Positions 44,101 to 55,796 of a stretch of 64,000 nucleotides of DNA are shown piece by piece (the first letter of the stretch is position 1; every line of letters begins with the position of its first letter). The stretch is from Balanoglossus misakiensis (lineage: Eukaryota; Animalia; Hemichordata): positions 916,648-980,647 of the forward strand of contig CM082576.2 of assembly GCA_040954595.2 (NCBI GenBank), in the 5' to 3' direction. A program made the translations under genes and the position numbers. The notes beneath the pieces were generated by a model, which was not told the origin of the DNA, did not search any database, and worked only from the letters and a program-made list of their open reading frames with translations.

Positions 44101-45208
44101 TGACCATGATAACTGTCTGCCTCACCCTTGGCAGGTTTCCAAATTGCAGTCTGTTGTTACAATGCTGGAACAATGCCAGCTTTACAGATAACATCTGACA
44201 ATTGTAATTCCAAGGCAATTTGATGTGGTCTTAATTGAACCACAAGGTTTAATTCACCTGCCAGTCATGCTGTGCCAATAATTTCTGTCACGGATTCTTT
44301 TATAATACGGCCAAATAGAAATAGATCAAAATTCGGTTCTTTTGTTATGGGAGATATTGTCATCAAAATGTCATTCACATCTAATTGTTGTATTTTTTTA
44401 TATTGGCAAATTTTCCGTCACATAACCATATCATTTTGATAAGGGAGTGTGACACGCCCTAAAATTGTTCACTTTCTTCTGTTTCTTGTATTTATCAAGA
44501 TTAGATCCAGTATGGCCATCATGTGAGATTTAAATTCACTTTTTCGCAACCATTAATTCTACTTAAACATGACTGAGCTGATCTTCTTAAAACTTTGTAC
44601 AGTGACATAGATCTGACTGATTTTCGATTCATCATGACTTTCTCCAGGGTTTTTCAGTCATAAAATGAGTGTGACAAAATTCACTGCTCTTCTAAACATG
44701 AGGGTTTTTTATTTTTTGTCTCGAAGAGAATAACTTTTGGTATAGTTAACTTAATTTCAGTCACAAATGATGCCACTTTTTCCCATCTATCGTTTGGAGT
44801 CTTTAAAAATTGATGCTGATGTATAATTTAATTCCCTCACTCATTATTTCTGTTAAACTTCGGTCGATGTGAATATCATGTTCAAGGTTGCCACATTGTT
44901 AACGATTTATTTGATAAGTGCATCATACATGCTTTAGCTCTGTTGACTGAAATATTAATGAGAGAAGTTGGCTTCGACGTTGCTTTGACATGATCTTTTG
45001 AAACGTGATCCTGATGATACTTTTACCCACAGGCTTTATCTGTGTCAGCATCATCTCCAATAGTTTCCTGATTAGGCCTCAAACCACATCAAATCTTAGT
45101 GACTGCTGATCCTTGCAGAGAAATTTTGCATGTGCCTGTGTTATACATTGCCATGCTTTTTTCTGAGTGCAACCAAAGCTTCTTCTTCCAAACAATTAAT
45201 AGCGCTTA

Positions 45209-46008
45209 GGCTGCATTCACAAACACCTCTGGAGGGGGGGGCGGGAGAATTGAGGGGGGGGATTTGAAAAAATTGAGGGTATGTAAGGGGGGGGATTTGA
45301 AAAAATTGAGGGTATGTAAGGGGGGGACTTGAAAACTTTAACGACTAAATATTTATTTTGAGTCCACAAAAATGCAGTTTCGCGCCCTTTATTTTACAAA
45401 ATTTTCTAATGTGGGAGGGGGACACCCCCTCCCACACCCACCCCCTCCATTCATCAACACCTTTCAATCATTGACTGGTTTATCCAGTGTCCCAGGTCAG
45501 GGGACTTGCCCCCACCCCATGATAACTTTGAGCAGCGACGGTTAAATTTGTCCTCCCCAACATACCGGTAGTTGAGTTAATTTGCTTTTGCCGGGTTCAT
45601 AAAATGCAGCTTTGAGCTCTGTATTTTAGAAAATTTTCTTACGTGGGAGGGGGACACCCCCTCCCAAACCCACCCCCTTCAATTCTCGGTTTACAATGTC
45701 TCCCAACACAGAATACAAATATATGTACTTAAAAAATAAAAACAATGTTCAGTTTTAATACCCACTGATGAGGGGAAACATCAGTTTCAAATTATTTTCA
45801 TGGGAGCGCTGTTTTTCTTTTTACAAGATAGATAGGTGATATGTTTTGCTCAGTGAAAGAAAATGGGGGGGGGATTTCAAAATTTTGGCAGTTCGGAAGG
45901 GGGGGATTTGAAAATATTGGCAGTTCGGAAGGGGGGCATGTGAAAATTAGCGGTAAAAAAAATTGAATTCTCCCGCCCCCCCCTCCAGAGGTGTTTGTGA
46001 ATGCAGCC
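45209..46008. mobile_element. 800-bp MITE, PIF/Harbinger (Tourist-like)
   Basis: TIRs of ~42 bp, GGCTGCATTCACAAACACCTCTGGAGGGGGGGGCGGGAGAATT ... AATTCTCCCGCCCCCCCCTCCAGAGGTGTTTGTGAATGCAGCC. TTA target-site duplication at 45206-45208 and 46009-46011. No transposase ORF. Confidence 0.93.
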
Positions 46009-46086
46009 TTAGAGAAGAGGAGTTATTAGTTGTTAGCACTCTACGTGCATAATGTTTGTGTCATTTTCTACTTTATTCTTTTGCAG

Positions 46087-46272
46087 AATGAAACCCTTGT
46101 AAACGCCAATCTTCACTTCTGGGAATTAATTGACAAATGGCAGAGAGAATGGCAGGTTGCCATGGACGATGCCATTCAACCACCACCTGTCACTTTGCCT
46201 CAGCAGAAAAATTCCAAGGTGTCATCAAGTACAGTCCATAGCAGTGATCAACCAACAATCCATCTGGTTTAA
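46087..46272 (+). CDS. NEK9: Probable distal terminal exon of NEK9
   Basis: Strong polypyrimidine tract and ttgcag| acceptor in phase 0, matching the AAG|gtacgt donor at 28316. It gives ELERK|NETLVNANLHFWELIDKWQ..., which aligns by eye with the human NEK9 coiled coil KLQQENLQIFTQL. Ends TAA at 46272; AATAAA at ~46821. Confidence 0.7.
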   Translation, partial: NETLVNANLHFWELIDKWQREWQVAMDDAIQPPPVTLPQQKNSKVSSSTVHSSDQPTIHLV

Positions 46273-49200
46273 AACAGTTACAAACTACTATTACTGTGTG
46301 CAATGTTATTGTTGTGATGCAAGTCATAAAATCTTCTGCATCTGGTTACATTTTGAATGATCAATATTGCTGATAAAAATTGCAAAGTACTGCACCAGGG
46401 ATCATTGGTAACAAATTCAGACCATGCTTTCATATTCCACAAAATCACTTTTATTTCACCTGGAAAATAAACTACACAGAAAGTACAAAGAGGAAGTGAA
46501 GATCCATTTCAAGTGATACAGAACATTTCTCAACTACAGAATTCAAAGTATGTGAACCGTCACACTTCTATACTTATACATTCAGTAATCTGCCAGTATT
46601 CTAAGACCTGTTATTGGCAGATGTTGAATGTCAACAGTGTGGACAGGATTCTAATGGAACATGTTTATATGAAGTAAGATGATTTTGGGTGGGGGGGGGG
46701 GGGGGTATGCCTAGATTTCATGTCTTTGAACATACAATATTGAAAAGAAATTGTTGTGCTACCTCATGAAGCATTTTCAGCAGACATCCTTTTGAAAAAC
46801 TGGAGAAGGTTTTTTTTTAAAATAAATTATTAATATGCTGGGATCTAGAAGCACCATTTTTACCTGAGGGTTCAAGACCTTCCTCTTTAATCGTGTTGAA
46901 TGACTTCTCAGATTATACAGAAATATGTGTTATTTATTTGACATCTATGAAAAAAAATGTTCATTTGCCAAAAGGTATTTTGACAAAGGGCATTTTGTAT
47001 GAGCATGCAGTGCCATCATTACTTTCTTTGTACACCCGAGAATATTTCACGGGGAATTGAGATAATGACAGCAAGAAATGAGGCTGATTATCAGCAGAAA
47101 TGTCCAGAGGGAGAGAAATTCTCTTTCAATGAGAGAAAATCAAGGCACCATGTAAAAGCAACAGAATAATTCAACATCATGGGCACGACTTTCTGAAAAC
47201 ATAATCATCATTGCATAAACCTTACATGTACCAGATCTCACCCTGACAACTGACAAAGCTTATTCTCCACCAATAGCAGCATCTGTTTAATTCAGTAAAC
47301 ACTAAAACCTTCAGAGATCCCCAGTGTCTCAGCTGACGGTACAACTAGGTAAATTTGTTCATCCAACTGTAAGATTATTCCAATTGTGGCAAGTAGCATG
47401 TAATTCAAGCCATGTGAAGTGCTGTCAAACACAAAACTGCGTAAGCAGTGCAGTCCGTTGCCAGGGAGACTTTACCCATCAGAAGGTAGAGATCTGTAAT
47501 AAACAGATAACAAGATAATGGGGAATTTCAAAGTATAGTTTTACAAAACCAGGCATCTTCAAATGCAATTTCAGCACCAGAAAAATCAGTATGGGCATTA
47601 TACTCCCTTTTGAAACTTCCTGGAGTCCTCAGTTTGGGATAATTGAAGTCTTCTTCTATTTACTTGGTTACCAGTATACGGCGCTCGGTACATGTAACAT
47701 AACTAACAACCATCCCCCCTGCATTTGGTCCAACACTCTTATTGTTTTCTGTGGTCAACTGAGGCCTGTATGAAGAAAATGTGGGTAAATGGGTTAACAA
47801 AGGGTAATCAGAAATTGATGTATTGTAAAGTTTGTCAGCATGCATGTTCAATTTCTTTATGAAAGATGCTTGCTGCTTTATCAATATAAGTGTGCTTTGT
47901 AATGCAACACAATCAATCCATCAGTGACATGACTCCATATTGTACATACAGCTTTCAAAAGCAAGAGGAGATAGAGAAAGAGATGAACATATGTTGTGTG
48001 TTATGTCCACATGGCAAACAGGGTATGACCATTAACACCATTTTCAACCATTCAACATTACATTTACAAAATGTAAATTTTCACTGTAATTCATATAATT
48101 ATGCAATATTTACGTAGTAATTTTGAACATAGTCTGCAGTGTGATGTGATCATAATAATTATTAATTAGCCAATCTTCAGTGTGTTAATATTTAACCGTT
48201 GAATTGCTTTTGCGATTGTCATCAGCTAGACTTTGATATTTTGAAATTCTTTGTTTTGTTTTGTTTTGTCTTGTTTTCAAATAACAATCTACAAAGTCTT
48301 GCCTCTTTGACATAAAAATAGAGTACATATTTTAAACCTATTGAGATGATATCCATGTATATCCACATAATTATAACTATTAAATACTATGTTCATTCCA
48401 TTACTGTACCCTCCTCAATTATGAGACTCCCATGGAGATTCTATTCTGCATGTTGTCGAAAATGTTCTTGTTCACTGCCTTATCTTCTTTTATGTGTTTT
48501 GCCATAGAGCAGCTTTAGTGATCACAATGGACAATGTTTGCAGACCAAAAATGGTCTCTATGGAAACAGAATCACGGATGTGGAAGGGTTTATCACAATC
48601 CCCAGTCAATTAACTTTTATCTTTGTAACGATTTCATTTTATATTATTTGCGTTACAAGGAAGATTTTGCTTGCAAAAGTCCAATGGTAAGTGGATATGA
48701 ATTATTTATGAGTGGTAAGGCAAACTCCCTAGGCAGTGTAATATTTTAAAGACTCGAGTGTATTCTTCATGTATGAGTTACGTTTGACATGTCATAAATG
48801 ATATATCGCCTTCTGACTCCAGAAAACACATCATGTCGCACTGAACTACTATTAAAAGTCATCAGAAAGTCTCACTTGCTTGCCAGGTCTCCTAAGTGTT
48901 TGACATTCCTATCGTGTTATGCATTGCAAATTGGGAACGGATTTCGACAAATATTGTTACCATCCGACGTAGCATCGTGTAAGCTTTATTATGGCAATCA
49001 ACATTGACAAACACGATTAATTTAACGCTACAAAAACTGGTTTAATGTTGTACTGAACGATTGCACATGAAAATATAATCCATGCATTGAAACTGAAACG
49101 AACAGGTGGTTATTTTGTTATTATGATAGAAATGTGTCGTCCTGGTACAGCAGTCATTGGAAACAGGCGAAAAAATCTTTGATAGCTGATCTTCCTTGTA

Positions 49201-51211
49201 TCAGAGGTATTAAGATTTTTTCAAAAACAGTGTTGTAAAATTACACTTTCTTTTCGGTTTAACTTGTATTGAATTCTATGGTGTCGGTTACGATTACTGT
49301 TTCCATGGTAACGGGTTCCAGGAAAACTCCTATTTTGTGCACAGCGATAGGCCATTTACGTTACCTGCTTGGCTAAGCAAAACCGAGCGGATGGACCAGC
49401 TGGGCTTTGATCTCACCGATTCACCTGATTATCGCGGCGATCAGCTCTTTGCGTCTCCTTGCTGCCAGCATAAAGATAAACTACGGTGCCCAGGCTCCAT
49501 CGCGGGCACAGCCGAGTCATAAGACCAATTTCCATTAGAACACCTCAGCGGCGCTGCGATCCGCAGCTGACGGCCCAATAAATTTATAAATATTTGATGC
49601 AAGTCGGCAGATAATAATGGGATGTTCTCGATGTTGCCTGACAAAGTCGCCCGGATATCCCTGCCCTGTCGGCCTGTGTTTGATCTTGACGAGTAATGGA
49701 TACATAAAATTATTACCTGGACTATGTGACGGATGGGGATAATATGTTATACGCATACCGATTAAGATATTATATATATAGGGGGCTATACCATACGGAT
49801 GATTTTAGTGCGGTATCGGTACGGCATACGTACCCGCATCTCACATACTTCAGTCGGTCTCCTTTGTTTTTGACTGTGGTAATCATTATTTACGACAGTT
49901 TAATCTTTGGTCCCATGATTCTCGTTCCCAGCTTCCTCACGATTGTCCATTTGTTTTACAGTGGACAGGAAGTAGCCTGCAACCAAATTGCAAATATGAG
50001 CCTTTTGCATCTGCTTGTGCTCGCTGCTTTGGTAATCTTATACACAGATTTATTCAACACTCATAAAACGGTGTAATTGTTTTAATCGATGTGAAAAGGC
50101 GTGGTACCCTTGTGTCTTCCTGTCTTCCTGTCGACCTGTTATAAAACCCTTCATCACATAACCCAAAGTCACTGCTCAAAAGGGAACTTTTTATATAAAT
50201 GGAACGATCGCTCCTGAACGTCCGGATTCATTAAAGACAGGGCACGTACAATGCGATCGGCGTCATCTTGACGTGCGATTGGTCAGCAGAGAATCCCTGC
50301 AGAGGATGAAGCCTACCCTGAGGGATGAATTAAAATGTGTCAATTTACTGCTGTTATAGGTGTATTGTTGAATAACTAGGTCACTCTTTAATGGCACACG
50401 TCCGTGGACACGCGACTGTACATTGCCATCCCATTATAATTAATTCGACCTTCTGAGTATGCCGGTAGGTAATTTTGTATTCAAATTAGCCAGCAGCAAG
50501 GGCATCAGCTTTTAATTTTGTTTAAAATTCACACCGATCGCGTTTATCTATTTAACCATCCTGCTTATGCTTTGTCAGGCAATTCCTTTTCATTTGCATT
50601 CTTTGCTCGCCCGTTAATTTTCTGTCGCACAGAAACCAGCCATATCCTAACCCCAAGAGGCAGTTTCCCTTGTTGGGTAAAGCCAAGATATAAGGGGGGG
50701 GGGGGTCTGAGTCGTGGGTGATATCCATACTAGGATATCCAGAAATTGTCACCTATTGTTAGAGATTTCTTATCTTGACAAATTTTGGGATGTATTCAGT
50801 CGAGGTTTTCAAAACCAAGGGGAAAGTCTGCTCATTTTTGTTGTTGAAAAGACGGTGGCCGCACATACCTCTCTATGAGAGTACCCCCGGGATCTGAGCA
50901 CTGGTCACCGATAGACGGGATGGAGTGACAGTGTTATGATGAGGACACGTACTGTTATCTCACTACTATCACACAAGTTGTGTCCGTGAAAGTTCCAAAC
51001 GGGCTTTCGACGAGATCAGCCAAGTTTATTCCCTTTAGGTCAATAAAGTAGACAGAGAAAGGGAAGCTTATCATCACTGGCATCAGGTCGACCTGAGACT
51101 AGATGTCATAAAATTTTATGCCGCCCTGCAGTTCATTTCTGATAAAAACGAAACAATTCCAGAATACTAGTATAGGCTTACTCTCCTTGAGAAATATAAC
51201 TCTGTTACACC

Positions 51212-51335
51212 GTCACGTGACTTCCAGTGATACGTCTTACATGTGACGTCATCCGACGTCATAAGTGAGAGCAGATACGAAACACACGACGCTGGGTGAT
51301 TAACCTCCACTTATCAACATATGCTCATTACGTCA
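51212..51335. promoter_or_regulatory. CRE/ATF and E-box cluster
   Basis: GTCACGTGAC 51212-51221, TGACGTCA 51244-51251, CGACGTCA 51254-51261 and TTACGTCA 51328-51335. Confidence 0.5.
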
Positions 51336-52750
51336 CGATCTTGCATTGATCATCTTAATGCATCAAAGACCTTTAAAAGATTGATTTACCATGGCAACGA
51401 GATATCAGCATACTTGATTATCGGACATGGCCGGCTCCGACGCATTCCCTTTAAGTTAGATCACTACATGTACTTATTTTAGGACAACTGAAGTTTTTAC
51501 AGATCGGGTTTGTAAAATGACAAAACTTTACAAACTCCAGATTTTGTGAATGAAAATATGTGTGCTTTATTCACTCCGATTTGTCCAAAGAGAGCACATT
51601 ACATAGAAACGACCCAACCCTTTTGAAAAGTATTAGTCACGTGGCATCACGTCGTGTTACTGATGGATCATCAACGCCAGTTTACAAAGAGTTGAACACC
51701 AATTTGATACTGTAACAAGGTGTAACCCACCGTACCAGACTGACCCTGGCCACCCCTCCAAGTGCCAAATGGTACGTTCCTGACCGAAAAGTACCAGTAC
51801 TATAGTATTTAGCAAGGCAATCAATTGATTATATAGGTCGATCCCTCGATGAATCACTCAATCGATCAGAAGACCCGTGTGATTTGAATAAACTCGCCGC
51901 TGCTCATTCAAAGAACTCGAAATGCATCCAACACATCATGAAATGGATCTAACGAAGCACGGGGTAAATGCGATCGAAATTGACAGCACAGTATGCTTGG
52001 CGCTTACATGTCTCGTTTATTGAAAGAAACCTTTTAATAGAACACATATTTGGCGCCAAGACCGCTGAAATCAAAACTTACATACTGCTAACTAGCTGTG
52101 CAATCTTTGTCTCATAATATCATCGCTAGAAATTAAATGGATTTTCCTAGCCTTGTAGTCGGAAAATTATTCGGTCCCGGGGTTTATCTTCAGTGTTGAT
52201 GATTTTGTAAATTATACTAACTTTTATATCGAAGGATAATGAGAGGGGCCGCTATATCCGCGGGCTTGTATTAAAATATCAAATATCACCGGCTTTGTAC
52301 ATCGCCAATGCCAGTTAACATCAATATGTCGCACAGAAATTTCCTATTAAAATGGATTGAGGAACAAAACATACGTGTTATTAAGTTTTTATCAAATGAC
52401 GACAGAAAATGCTCTGGATTACAAGTTGGTGAGAAGAATTTGAGAACCTGTGTTTCTATTCACTGAACCCGGCTTGACATACTGGATTTTGATATTGATG
52501 AGATAAGGAAAGAGGGGAGTTATCCTATTTTTTAAAGCCAGGCTGGTGGTTATACCTTTTGAGCTTTTTGTTACATATGATATATTCCATCAAATCGCGA
52601 TGCCTCTTGTACCTATACTAATGTCATGTGTAGTGGCCTGTATCTGTATAACAACCATGACAATTTGCCTTGTACACTTATGCATATATGCTAATGTATT
52701 TACATGGTCATACCATTACACCTGGTGATGGTACTACACCTGTGTGTTGC

Positions 52751-52937
52751 TATATAAATGTTTGAATTGAATAACACCTGGTCAGTCAGTGTTGAGCCAT
52801 CCTGGTGTCTCGTGTGTGCATGCCCTTGCCCCGTGGCCGCTCTGAACACTACTCCACTGACACTGTCGTCTTCTTTTGCAAGCCAGGCACGTTTATTCGG
52901 GCTGAAGCAGAAAAAGAACAGCAAAAACACTATGAAG
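52751..52937 (+). promoter_or_regulatory. Candidate TATA+Inr core promoter and first exon
   Basis: TATATAAA at 52751, TCAGT initiator at 52782 (~31 nt spacing), and an ATG AAG|gtaaag donor at 52932-52943. Confidence 0.45.
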
Positions 52938-55760
52938 GTAAAGACGACATCTTCTCTATACAGATATACAGATTGCTATTGCCGTTTCATTGGATGTACG
53001 CACATCCGATGACTTCAAGATCGAAGGGAGGTCGATTTGTCTGGCTTGCATACCACCGAATTTGGCGATTTTACCACAGAAACGGTTCGTGTGTGATTCA
53101 GCGATGTGTATACGGCTGCAAAAGGTTCAGTTCAACACACAAAGCTTCGTGAAGCGATAAACCTATCTTCCCCAGCTTCTAAACAGGTCCCGACAAAACA
53201 ATTCCCGTGTAGTGCACGTCGAATAACAGTTTATGCATATTCAAACTAAAAAATGACAAAAATGTACAACTTCTTGGAATTGCAGAGTGTCAATAGATAT
53301 TTGGCAGAAGCTCGAACCCACAAATCTATATTTGCGTGCTAATGGCTGATATGCGTGCAAACACCTATACTATCCACGCGGAGTGGTCACCTGGAAATGA
53401 GATGGGACGTAATAGCGCAAGAAAGCTGTCAATGTTTGAAAAGGTAGGGGCTTACAATTTGACTTGAGGTGACTTTATGCACTATTTTGTGACCTGTAGG
53501 GATCGCCATTTGATTGTGTTTGATACCACAGTGTACCACGTGCATTCCACTCTGACGTCATCATGCATGTCACGTGTTTATCAGAAACGGGTACCTTGTC
53601 GCGGATGAACGGAATTCACCAAAGTGATTCCAAGCGGCCTCTATCCTTTTCAGTCACAATGCATTTGTCAACACGCACACAAATCTAGGAAGAGCAATAT
53701 ATTAATAGAATTATCACCAATGAATGATCTCCATAGCAACAGATTGAGGTCAAATTTGCATCAATTGGCACAGCGGTCTTCTTTCCTACAAGAAAATATA
53801 AAAATACATTTCCTATTTTTTATGCACAAACACGACCGTTCTTGTGGTTGCCAACGTGCGTTTTTTTGTCTCCGAAGATTGAAAGTACATAAAACTAGTA
53901 ACGCAGCTGTTCAATTGCCTTGTCTATGTCAGCTTGTGTATTCCGCTCCTGGCCATTTACATATTCAATGCAAATCGATGAAGTAAATACTTGGAACCGC
54001 CGCGATTTCTGAAAAAGGCGCATTTCGGTATCTTCAGAGATACAAGACCTGCAAGATTACTACAACAGCTGTCTTTAAGTATAAATGAAAATGATTGGCC
54101 ATCGTCGAGCCAAGAAACAATCCACAGTTTGAAAATCCGGTGATCGACATTTGCTTTTCTTACAATATTTCTAAGTGGATCTTTTGATTGGTAATTTTTC
54201 AGACAAGACTTACTCTAAAAATACGACGCAACTTTCAAATAAAATCTCACTCTGATTTGGCCATAACAGTTGACTAGAATGGGCGTGATTTCCTAAGGCA
54301 TGTTCCATGTATGCTGGATATTCAAGAGTCCTTTTAGTTACTGCAGGCACTATTTCATCTATATCAAGTCACTTTATTTTGAGACTTTGTTTCTTCACTT
54401 TGGTGGGCATCGCTGTTTTTAAACATCGCCGGGGGGTTCAGAAATTTCCGCGACGTACAGCTTCACGAAGCGTCCGGGACAGCGCGTCCACTTCAACCGT
54501 CCGGATGATACAAGGCCTCTTGAGTTTCTACAGCGAGTCGTGTTTCCACATTTCACCGACGTTGTGATAACACGCACAGATTTCATATCGAGTACTCGAG
54601 ATCTCCCTATATCCAGAAAGATGTTTTTAAGTATAGGACAGATTATCGGCGCTGATGATCTGCAATTCGGATCTTTTGAAGTTGGAGAATCCGTCACAAT
54701 GTATGAGACATTCGATAACACACTCCAACGGTTGAACAAGAATGTCGTTTTTTCTAAGTAAGTAAGGTCTTGCGGGATGCTTGAAGGGTTTGAAGAGACA
54801 GAAAAATTAAAGAAAACATGGTGACATTTTAATTGAGCTTGTTGTGAATCGGCTATCCTTACTCACGATCTTCAGTCATCAATGGAACTGAATGTCCTTG
54901 AAGAAGTCTCCCTGAAAGCGACCAAAACTTGCTCGAAGGGAGGGAGATACTCAGTCTGCGAAATCATCAAAAAGATATGGTACCTGATAATATCTTCAAC
55001 ATCGTTTCAGGAAAGAACAACATAAAAAATGTGATGTGTTATCAACAGACACTAACTCAATATTCTTGACGTTGCAACATCACTGAGACTGACAATCGTT
55101 AAGGAAATTGATAAAATGATAGTTCTATACTCATGTTTCAAACCCCAAAGCGATCGATAGAGCAAAACGTGTATTACCTAATACTCGGTTAAAAAATATT
55201 TCGCAATGTGGGGAGATCTGATTAAATTATAACAATGTCAAGTAAACCATTTATTATCGCTCACCGCTTTTCTTTTTATGTGATTTTTGTGGCACGGATC
55301 TACTTGACCTTGGCTCCCAGTACGGAATGTGCATCGGTCCGAATAATATACTTGTGCGAACCTCTGGTGGGTGAAACGGAACAAAATGAGTATTACTCGC
55401 CTGGCTAAATTTGCGTAGGAATTATCAACTATCTGGTATGCTAATCACGTCATTCTTCTGCCAGCGCGCGCTGTGCCAGACTTCTTTTTCTCTGTTCAAG
55501 GGCTTGAGCGTAGGCTGTCCAATTATCATTAATTTCACGAAATGCAGTTGAGGCCTATAATCGGAAATTAATTTCACATTCGTGCCGATATCTTGAAAAG
55601 CCGCAAAGGGGAAATTGTATTTAAAGGACAAGATAAACTACGCTGTCGATCGCTGGTCCCGTTCTATTGTCACTGTTTCCCCAGTCCGAAATATTCGTTC
55701 CTGGTGGTGAGTGCAGAAATAATCAGCGGGGATACAGTGCGAGATATCGATGCCCAAATT

Positions 55761-55796
55761 TGTTACCATGGGGACTGATGTTACCATGGGGACTGC
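55761..55796. repeat. 18-bp tandem duplication
   Basis: TGTTACCATGGGGACTGA followed by TGTTACCATGGGGACTGC. Confidence 0.85.
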
